Source: Callorhinchus milii
Taxonomy: Eukaryota
Direction: 5' to 3'
DNA: 64,000 nt
Assembly: GCF_018977255.1 (NCBI RefSeq)
Contig: NW_024704742.1
Location: 57,290,001 to 57,354,000, forward strand
Made by a program: the position numbers and the translations under genes
Shown here: positions 1 through 9,900 of the stretch, in pieces
Layout of the letters: the number at the start of each line of letters is the position of its first letter
Position numbering within the stretch: position 1 is the first letter of the stretch
The notes under the pieces: generated by a model
What the model saw: only the letters and a program-made list of their open reading frames with translations
Database searches by the model: none
Told to the model about the DNA's origin: nothing

Positions 1-49
1 TGTTGTTTCTTAACATTATATCATTTGTCAGTTTTTGCATTATTGGTAA

Positions 50-460
50 CATTGTTGGCTGAGTTTTGGGTTCAAATCCACATCGGGACTTTGAGCTTAC
101 AGTCTGGGCTGACATTTCATGAAAACTTCTAGGGGAGATCCTGTGTTGTTTAAGGTGCCGTCCTTTTATTGAAAATTTAAGACAGTATCTTTACTGTCTG
201 CTTATTCAGGTAGGTGAAAAAGATTCCATGATGCTATTTGAAGAAAATAAATTTCTCCTGGTGTCTTGGCTGATAATCCTCCAGAAAAATTGGTCATTCA
301 CTTCATGGTTGTGGGACATTGCTGTGCACAAATTGGCTGTCACATTTGCCCACAAAAAGCAGAGACTCCCTACTGTACAGTATATCCTGTAAAGCGCTTT
401 GGGATATCCTAATGTGACAGATGCTATGCCAAATGTAAGGATTGATTGATTTATTGTTGT
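50..460 (+). mobile_element. Old tRNA-derived SINE with Deu-like central domain and L2-type tail
   Basis: Box-B-like GGTTCAAATCC, central GGTGCCGTCC...GTGGGACATTGCTGTGCACAAATTGGCTG, tail GTAAAGCGCTTTGGGAT. Related copies at ~3550-3930, 7755-8110, 14575-14970, 19195-19455, 25320-25690(-), 30320-30575, 35770-36226, 39241-39660(-), 60600-60990. Confidence 0.7.
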
Positions 461-779
461 CATTTACTTAATTTCATGAGTCCTGGACAGATACTGGACA
501 AAGTATCTGTCTCGCTACCGTAATTGAGATTTCAATGCATCAGAAGATGTGGATTATGGTATAAATAAGAAGGAAACTAAAGGCTGCAAGAGATTATGAC
601 TGCCTCAAAAGCTAAAATCAGCTTTTTCATGCAGCAGCACAAGAACTATCCATGATCTTCTGTTCTAATTCTTCTGTTTGGACTTAGTTCAAGTCCAGTG
701 CATCTGTACCCAAAAAACTAACGCCTACAACAAATCCTGGACTCCATCTCTGATAATCTTTGTTTCTTACCTTCTAAAG

Positions 780-920
780 GTGAAGGATATCGTTCTCCAT
801 CCTGAGATGTTAACTGTTCAAAGTGGCCTTCTGACTCCAACATTCAAGGCAAAGAGAGCAGAACTAAGGAAATACTTCCGTTCACAACTTGACGAACTTT
901 ATGCAAACATCAAAATGTAA
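780..920 (+). CDS. ACSL1: Long-chain acyl-CoA synthetase 1, last coding exon (gene starts upstream of the window)
   Basis: AG at 778-779, then VKDIVLHPEMLTVQSGLLTPTFKAKRAELRKYFRSQLDELYANIKM*, matching the ACSL1 C-terminus (GLLTPTxKAKR). Adjacent to CENPU as in other vertebrates. Confidence 0.9.
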   Translation: MKDIVLHPEMLTVQSGLLTPTFKAKRAELRKYFRSQLDELYANIKM

Positions 921-1432
921 ACTGTAAAGAAAATGAACCTTTTTTTAAGCAAACCTAATTATTGGCCTTGATGATTCAAAAATTGATAAAACTCTTAACA
1001 GATACTTTGCAATGACCCCCTAGCAGATTACGTATTCGTATTTTGTATTATGAGCCAAAAATTTCAGAGCAGGTCACTGTTCAATGGTGTTGATTTCCAA
1101 AATGCCTTATTTTAAACATCCATCTCTAATAGGGAGACTGGCATAGGGAAACTTGGAATGGAAGCACAAATGAAAGCTGCACTTAGGTGAAAGTATGTAC
1201 AGTTGTCATAAATGCACTATTGTAACATTCTTTTTATACTTGTGTATGCCGCACCTGTTGCACAAATGTCCTGAGGTGAAATGAAGAAAACACTGAAAGC
1301 TTTAACAAGATTACATATTTAATTTATATCACCCTAAGAATGATATTAAATGGTTGCTTAAATAAAACGCTTGGCAGTGTAAATGTTTTGTACACAAGAA
1401 CCAAGAGATCTACAAACTGGTTGGCAAAACTA

Positions 1433-1438
1433 AATAAA
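1433..1438 (+). terminator. Candidate ACSL1 polyadenylation signal
   Basis: AATAAA followed by GT/T-rich sequence; a second AATAAA lies at 1361-1366. Confidence 0.5.
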
Positions 1439-1609
1439 AGTATGTTTTGTGTATTTCATTGTGATCACTGCAGTAATTGGGATATACCTATGCACAAATT
1501 GAGATGTCCTACCCAACATCAATCAAGATATTAAATACGAAAAAAAATTCAGTTCTATGTATTGTTCACACATACACTGAGCTGAAATGTATACATACAT
1601 GTACACATA

Positions 1610-3415
1610 CACTCACTTGCTCTCTCGACCCCATCCCTACCCCTCTCCTTACCTCCCAGTTCCACCTCCCCTACTCAAAGACATCATAAACCTCTCCCTA
1701 TCTACTGGCACCATCCCATCCCTTTAAAAATGTCCGTAATTACTCCTATCCTTAAAAAACCCTCCCTGGACCCATCTTGCTCTCAAATTACCACCCCATC
1801 AACAACCTCCTTTTCCTTTCCAAGGTCCTGGAACAAGTTGTTGCTTCGCTCCTCCCTCTCCCTTCACCAACCCCTCCAATCGGGTTTCCGTGTCACCCAC
1901 ATCATAGAATCAGCTTTCGTCAAAGTGACAAAAGACATTTTGTCCCATCTACGACCAGGACTCTCTCTGCTTCCTCGTCCTCTGTGACATTTTGGGGTGG
2001 GGCGGGGGAACTGCTGATGTCATAGTTTCAGGAGTGTGCGCTCGCAAAAGAAAAAACCTCTGCGCTCCCCCCCCCCCCACCCCCCGGGGCTCGCATCAGG
2101 GCCCACCATGGCCCTGTTGGATTTGCTGCCCCAGCCTATGGGCCAATGCCATCCACCTGACTGCTCACTCCCGGTCCCCGCGTGCGCATTATGGCTGCCG
2201 CTCTGACCCCAAACCCTCTCCCCTCTGCATCTCTCCCGCTCTGTCCTCTCTCTCCGTCCCTCTCGCCTTCTATCCCCACTTGACCCTCCCACAACCTCCC
2301 TCTGCTCCAGCCTGGGAATCCTACGCCGGGCTCACCGTGGTGCTCGGCGTTGGCTGTCCAGCAGCAGCCACACCGACTGCCCCATTCCCCACCACACTTG
2401 CCAGCCAACCCGGACACAGACCCGGGGAGCCAACCCCTCATTCCCATTCCTCCCACCCCTGCCTCACAACCTGGACCCCCCCTCCCTACACACCCTTCTG
2501 TCAACCGCTCCCTCCACATTGGACTACAAAACTCTCCTCTCACCTCAACCTTCACGGCTCTGTCCTTGAATGGTTCAGATCCTATCTCACACTATCTCCG
2601 CTTCATCTACACAAACAGTTTCTCCTTTAGCCCCCACATCGTCTCGTGTGGCATTCCTCAGGGCTCTGTCCTTGGTCCCCTCCTCTTCAATATCTTTATG
2701 CTCCCTCTTGGTGACTTCATCCGCAGACATGGGATCAACTTCCACATGTATGCGGATGATACCCAACTCTATCTCTCTGCCTCCTGTATTCCAGGACCAC
2801 TGCTGTCTTGATAGAATGTCTGTCAGACATCAAGGATGAGAACTAACTTTCCACAGCTCAATGTCAACAAGACTGAGGTTCTCCTGATTGGCTCCTATTA
2901 GCGTCTCCACATCTCAGTCACTGACAGCATCACCGTCCAAGGAACCACACGCCACCTTACTAAGCCACTACAGAACCTTGATGTCTTGTTTGACCCTCAA
3001 CTGTCCTTTCTACCCCATATCTGTGCCACGATCCACTCCGCCTAACCCCCACCGCTGCAACATTGTCCGGCTCCGCCAGTATCTCTCACCGCAGGCCGCC
3101 GATACCCTCATGCAGACATTCATAACATCCAGCCTCGACTACGCAAACTGTCGGCCTCCCTAACTTCCTCCCTCCATTGGCTGCAGATCATCCAGAACTC
3201 TGCAGCCTGTGTCCTCTCCCGCACCAGGCTCCGCAACCCTATCACCCCCATCCTTACCCAACTCCATTGGTTTCCCATCACACAGAGGATACAGTTCAAG
3301 CCCTCCACCCTCCCCGATCCCAACCATCAGCTCAGGTCCGAAATATTGACTGTCCAGCACCTTGGGACGTCCTCCTGATGTGAAAGGCGTTATACAAATA
3401 TAATTTTGTTGTTGG
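1610..3415 (+). mobile_element. Degenerate L2-clade LINE, RT region and 3' end
   Basis: Fragmented RT motifs ([33 protein letters not shown]) and the 3' tail CCTTGGGACGTCCTCCTGATGTGAAAGGCG...TTGTTG. Interrupted at ~1985-2515. Confidence 0.85.
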
Positions 3416-4162
3416 ATTATAAAGTTGTGGGATGAACAACAATAAATAATAATCCTTGCATTGATATAGTGCCTTATCATGTCTTTGAGATGTCTCAAAG
3501 CGCTTTACAGAATATAGTGTAAAGTAAATTAACTATTTTGTGGGCGAAATATTCAAGCCCCACATCGAGGTGGCACTCTGCTGAGCTGACATTCCAGTGC
3601 AGTATAGAGGGTGTACTACACTGGTGGAGGTGCCGTCCATTAGATGAGATGTTAAATCGGGGCCCTGTCTGCCCATTCAGGTGTATGGTTGCTAAACATC
3701 CCTTAACATTATTTGAAAAGAAGAGTTTCTTACAGTGTCCTAGCAGCAATCCCTAAAATAAAACTGGTCATTCACTTTGTGAATGTTTATGGAACATTGC
3801 TGTGCACCAATTCACAGTTGCATTCACCCACAGAAGAGTTACTACTTTACAGCATATTCTGTGAAATGCTTTGAGAAGACCTCCTCACGTGAAAAGCACT
3901 GTACCAAATGTAAAGATTTTTTATTATTACAGTACTTTAGAGTAAATCCTGTAAAGCACTTTGCAAAGTCTCCATGATGTGATAATGCACTGTATGAAAT
4001 GCAAAGATTATTTTATTATTAAGTGAATGACTTTTGTTTAATTTGGAGGATTGTTGCCCAGGACATAAGGAGAAACTCTCATCACTTTTTGAATAGTACT
4101 GTGGGATTGTTAATGTCCATGTTAGCATCTCATCCAAAGGATGGCACCTGACAATGCAACGT

Positions 4163-4370
4163 TAATAATAATAATAATCCTTGCATTTGATATAGCGCTC
4201 TTCACGTCGGGAGGACGTCCCAAAGTGCTTCACAGAACACACTGTAAAGTGAATTGACTGTATATTTGTGGGCGAACGCGGCAGCCAATTGTGCACAGCA
4301 ATGTCCCACAAACAGTCGTAGATTGAAAATGACCAATTTATTATTGCTTTTGGTTTTGGAGGGATTATTA
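4163..4370 (-). mobile_element. Young SINE, 3' half
   Basis: Near-identical reverse complement of ~33895-34101, with a (TAT)n tail. Confidence 0.8.
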
Positions 4371-4879
4371 GTAATGTTCCCTTAGTAATGCACTGGAGCA
4401 AGTCCCAGCAATTTTTTGGGGGTCAACCGGGTGTCTTGACACATGCAGAAACCCATCACCGTGCTTAAGAGTATCCAAACGAAGCTGAGAACTCCATGCG
4501 TCCCACCTACACATGGAAATCCCAGCGATAGGTTGTTGGAATGGAATCCGCACTCTCTCCCTGGAATTCTGGAAAGTATTCGGCACAGGCTGACAACAAC
4601 AGGTTCCCAAATCTATTACCTTGGAGCCAGTCCAGCTCCAAGAAGCCCCAGCTTCCCTCCCCTCCCCTCCCAGCCGGATAATCGCTAGTTATTCAGTTGA
4701 CGCGCAAGCCCACAAAACACACAGTCACCACACTTCACAGTGTATTCCGTGAAGCGATTGGAGACGCCTCAAGGACGTGGTGAGGGGCCACGTCAAATGC
4801 AGAGACGCTATTATTAACACCATCGTGTTTTAATTGAATGGAATCTTGTTGTTGTTGTTGTTGTTGTTGCTCTCCGGGT

Positions 4880-5350
4880 GTCCTGCTCCTCCTCCTGATG
4901 ACGTCACTTGAGCACTGCCTGGTCTGGGCTGCTCCTGTCTGCGCTGCTCAGGGACCTGAAGCCTCCGGCCGGCAGGTGGCGCCAGGTCGCTGGGCAGGTC
5001 ACCCCCACCGCCCCCCCCTCCCTCCCCCCCACTCCCGCGAAGGAATGTTCCAACTGGGTCGAGGCTGCGGGGGGAGGCGGAAGCCGGTGAGGTCAGAAAC
5101 CTGTCCACACAAAGCTGAATTGTATCTCATTTCGGTGAAACACCGCGTAATACACAATGAGGGCACTTACATTGGTGTTAGAGGGAGGAATATATTGTAT
5201 TGTACATGTGACATTCTTATGTGTGTCCCTCACTCCCCCCTCCCGCCCCCCCCTCAAGCCCCGCCCCCTCGAGGCGGTATCCGGTCACTGACGGTTTGTA
5301 AAAGTGTTTCAGCGGGAAAACAGCGACTGAGAGACAGCGAACAGCGGCCA
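4880..5350 (+). promoter_or_regulatory. CpG-rich putative CENPU promoter / first non-coding exon region
   Basis: GC/CpG-rich; TGACGTCA (CRE) 4899-4906, CGGAAG (ETS) ~5078, GC boxes, GCGGGAAA (E2F-type) 5312-5319; about 1.6 kb upstream of the first coding exon. Confidence 0.55.
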
Positions 5351-5630
5351 CCCAGGTGCCGTACACCACCGTCACTACACCACCCTCACTACACCGCCAC
5401 CCAGGTGCCGTACACCACCGTCACTACACCGCCACCCAGGTGCCGTACACCACCGTCACTACACCGCCACCCAGGTGCCGTACACCACCCTCACTACACC
5501 GCCACCCAGGTGCCGTACACCACCGTCACTACACCGCCACCCAGGTGCCGTACACCACCCTCACTACACCGCCACCCAGGTGCCGTACACCACCCTCACT
5601 ACACCGCCACCCAGGTGCCGTACACCACCA
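5348..5630. repeat. 35-bp GC-rich minisatellite, 8 copies
   Basis: Unit CCACCCAGGTGCCGTACACCACCGTCACTACACCG; the first unit carries an extra 14-bp internal duplication. Confidence 0.9.
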
Positions 5631-6310
5631 CAACAACTGCCGCCAACACAACATGACACGTCTAAAGCGCTTCACATCAGGACCAGCGCCGTGGGGGAGG
5701 GAAGTAGGGGCGAAGAGGAGGGTCTTGAGATGGGTCTTGAAGGAGGTGAGGGAGGGGACGAGGCGGAGGGACTGCAGAGTGGAGGTCCCGAGGGTGGGGG
5801 CGGAGTGGCAGAGAAGGCCCCACTGCCAATGGTGAGCGGGTGAGGCGGGGGACGTGAAGCAGCCGGAGCCCACTGAGCGGAGGGAGCGAGCGGGATGGTA
5901 GGGGGTTAGGAGGTCGCAGAGGTAGGGGGGAGCGAGACCGCGGAGGGCTTCAAAAGTGAGGACGAGGATCTTGAACTGTGTGATGTTGGGCGAGGATGGG
6001 GGTGATAGGGTCAGGGAGCCTGGTGAGGGAGAGGACATGGGCCACAGATTTCTGGATGACCCGCAGCCTGTGGAGGGAGGAGGTGGGGAGGCTGACGAGC
6101 CGGGGTTTGCGTAGTCATCGAGGGTTCCCGCAGCCTGGGGGGCGAGGCGGTGGCGGAGCCGGGCAACGTTGCAAAGCTGGGAGTCGCAGAGGTAGGAAGG
6201 AGCAAGTCCATGGAGGGCTTTAATGGTGAGGTGAGGTCGAGGATGTTGAACTTGATCCTCCGCGGCACGGGGAGCCCGTGAAGCCGGGCGAGGAGGCGCA
6301 AGCACCCGCA
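5630..6310 (-). mobile_element. L2-clade LINE 3' fragments
   Basis: Minus-strand peptides QFKILVLTFEALRGLAPPYLCDLL and SFKTHLKTLLF, plus the L2 tail at ~5630-5680. Confidence 0.8.
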
Positions 6311-6525
6311 GAGAGTGAGATACACACACACAAGTACAGAGAGACGCACAGACAGATAATATACACACAGACCGACAGAGAGGTAAAGAGAGTGAGATGC
6401 ACACACACAAGTACAGAGAGACGCACAGACAGATAATATACACACAGACCGACAGAGAGGTAAAGAGAGTGAGATGCACACACAGAGGTATATAAACATA
6501 CAGAGAGAGAGAGAGAGAGAGAGAA
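6311..6525. repeat. 77-bp CA/GA-rich tandem repeat (~2.3 copies) plus (GA)n
   Basis: GAGAGTGAGA recurs at 6311, 6388 and 6465. Confidence 0.8.
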
Positions 6526-6938
6526 ACCCCCACAGGGTTGAGAGAGCGATACGCACACAAAGAGTGATTGATGCGTGTATATATGCACACACAAGACAGG
6601 TACAGAGAATTATATACACATACAGAGGCAGAGACACCAAGTGATACACGGAGTCATAGACAATACAATTTATATAATGCCTTTCACATTAGAAGGACTT
6701 CCCTGAGTGCATTCTCAGTGCTGTCTCGGCACCCGAGCTGTGAGTGGGAGCCGAGGAGAGGAATGCTAACTGAAACAAAGTGATACATAAGCACAGAGTG
6801 ATATATACACACATATAGATACAGAATGTAACGTAGAGACGGATATTGAGTGCAATAAAATTTTAATTCATTGCGAATGATATTTTTTGGGGGATTTGTA
6901 GACAAACAACGGACACAAAACCTTTGACAAAAGCAGTG

Positions 6939-6992
6939 ATGGAAAAAAACAAAAATGCTTCTCGTGGAACTATCAGAAGATCGACAGTTCAG
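6939..6992 (+). CDS. CENPU: CENPU coding exon 1 ([18 protein letters not shown])
   Basis: AG at 6900-6901, ATG at 6939, GT at 6993; phase 0 fits the next exon. Weak sequence conservation. Confidence 0.6.
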
Positions 6993-9900
6993 GTACACCA
7001 GGACAGAGATGGTGATATGCTTGTGATCGGATCCCAGATATCCTTTAAAGTTGTGGTATGAGTATTCTTTGCTAAGGATAATATCTGAGAAATAAATATT
7101 CCATTCTACAAATTAGTCAGATATAGTCAAATGAATTTTGATGCTGAATTAATTGAAGGGAAAATAAAGTCTAGATGGAGCTCCATTGTTGTGTACCCAC
7201 ATTGACTGGCATGTACAGCTGGTCGGTTCCACTCATGAGCCATAAAACTGCTCATCGTTCCTCTTTATAGCGCAGGTTGGGACTTTATGAATAGGTAAAC
7301 AGGGCTCTAATGTATAATGTACATGTGGTATGCAAGTCATGTAGATCAAGATGTGGTAAATGTTAAAATGGTAAAACATTCAGAAAGTCAAAGAAAAGAT
7401 GTGCTGGAACAGTAGAAATTTATGGCTAAACATTTTTCTTCTTTAGCCTGCTGAAAGACCGAGGTCCAAGCAAGCTGGCAGAAATCCCCAAAATAGAAAT
7501 CTTACTGTCTCCCACAAAAGTAAGATAAATTCAACAAGCCTCAAGCAAGTACTACCACAATTTTCTCCAAATCTCTCCAACATTTTAAGACATCCAGAAA
7601 GCCAAGAAGATGTTCCAGAGGATTATTTTGGTAATACCAGGGTGATGTTCAGCTTTATCATTTGTAGAGATATACAAACTCAGATGTTTAAAAATATCAA
7701 GTGCTCTCACAGGATTTGCCATCCTTTGAATGAAACTTCAGTTTTAAGTGTTACTCTGGCTCAGTCGGTAGTCATGAATCAAAGGTTGTGGGTTCAAGTC
7801 TCCATGTCTGCTGACACTTCCAGTACAATGCATTGTTTGTGGTGCGGTCCTTCAGAGGAGACATTAGATTGAGATCCTGTCGGTCTGTTTAGGCAGATGT
7901 TAAAGATTCCATGGCACTGTTCAAAAAGTGTTTCCCACTGTCCTGCCCAACAATCTTCCCAGATAGAATTGGTCATTCACTTCATAGCTCTTTATGGGAA
8001 TTGAATGTGCTAAAATTGGCTACAAACATAGTCACTACATTGTACAATATATCCTGTGAATTGCTTTGAGACTTTTTGATGTGATGAGGCGCAATAACAA
8101 ATGCAATTCAATTGTTGTAAAACACAATTCTGATATTTCATTTCAAATATTTGGAATTTATAACAATAATAATATATTAAGAATAATATAAACTCATAAT
8201 AATGCATGATAATAATCCCTCAAGAAAATAAATAAAATAATAATTAGTGACTCAGTCCACAACTGTTTGTGGGACATTGCTGTGCGCAATTGACTGCCAT
8301 TTTTCGCCCACAAATATACAGTTAATTCACTTTACAGAATAATCTGTGAAGCGCTTTGAGACGTGGAGAAGACATGAGAAGCGCTATATCAAATGCAAGG
8401 ATTATTATATCATAATCTTTGCATTTGGTATAGCGCCTTATCACATCATAAAGGCATCTCAAAACGCTTCACAGAATATACTGTAAAGTGGATTGACTAT
8501 TATTTGGGCAAATAGGAAAAGCTAAATAGGCTTTGGTCATTAAAAGTATTAAATCATTTCTACCCTTATTCGTCTTATTTTATAGCTTACCCTTTGCACA
8601 GCACTGCGATATTTTCTGGTGAATCGGATCCCAATGATGAGGACAGTGAAGTGGAGATAGCACGGCCTGCAACGCGTGATAAGAAACAAAGAAAGCCAAT
8701 GCAGAGAGGAATTCCACAGAGAAAAGAATTTAAGCCTAAATCATGGTAAAACTAAAATAAGATTGTATGTGTGTTTAAGAGAGTGTTTGAATACTTTAAT
8801 TTTCTTTTAAATCCTGTAAAGACTGTAGAGTCTTGTAGCATAGTGGTTAGAGCACTCATCCCAGAAGCGAGAGGATCCGGGTTTGAATCCCAGGCAGGCC
8901 GAAGCGTTAGGTAAATTTCCTTACTCCACATGCCTCTGTTTACCCAGCAGTAAGTAGGAACATGGTTGTTAGTCGATTGGTGGATTGCCTTTCCGGAGGT
9001 AGTAATCACTTAAAAAAAATTAAATAATAATTTGGTTACTTAATCCACAGCTGTTTGTGGCACACTGCTGGGCGCAAATGGCTGCTGCATTTTGCCCACA
9101 TAATATACAGTCAATTCACTTTACAGTATATTCTATGAAGCGCTTTGAGACGTCTCAAAGACATGATAAGGCGCGATATCAAATGCAGGGATTATTATAG
9201 TTACTTTGCATGAGGCAGGTTGTGTTCTGAAGATGAAGAGATGAGTATGCAGTCTTAATCCTCAGTACATGATTGGTTTTAAGCCTTTCTGCTCCAGCTC
9301 TCTATCTCCATCCCGGAGTCCCTTTGCCTTCCTCCCCCTCTCCCCCTTCAAGGTCTGTCTCAAGACTACGTTTGGTCAACTTCCCACCCCCTGGACCCCT
9401 TGGTCCCCACCCTTGCAAATCCAACCCCCAGCTCAGGTGGAAACCCTTGACTGTCCTACATTTTGAGACAACTTACCAATGTAAAAGGCACTATACGAAT
9501 GCAACCCCAAATAATTGACAGTCAATCCCTTTGGTGACTGAGGGATTTGGCTTAGTCCTGTGAATCGCTTTGAGATGTCTCCATAGCGTGATATATCAAA
9601 TCCAAGGATTTTTATTATTATAATTTGTTTGTTGTAAATTTAATGGGTTTTCAATATTTTTTAAGGAAATAAAAATAATATTGTCGAGCTTCCATAATGT
9701 TAAGCTGCCTACTGTTATAAACCGCATAATGTTATCCTGACCACGGGTACCAGACATCCTTGGTATGTTTTGTACACATTTGAGTTTGCGTATTGTTATA
9801 GCAATTATTATTATTATAATTCGTCTAATGTAAAAAGATAAAATAACTGATTTTATTTTTTTAAAAAAACATTACAGTGAAATTAAAGTAAAATATTGGA

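Noticed and set aside
4838..6649. Long ORFs of 212-353 aa
   Set aside because: Made of GC-rich promoter, minisatellite, L2 fragments and CA/GA repeats.
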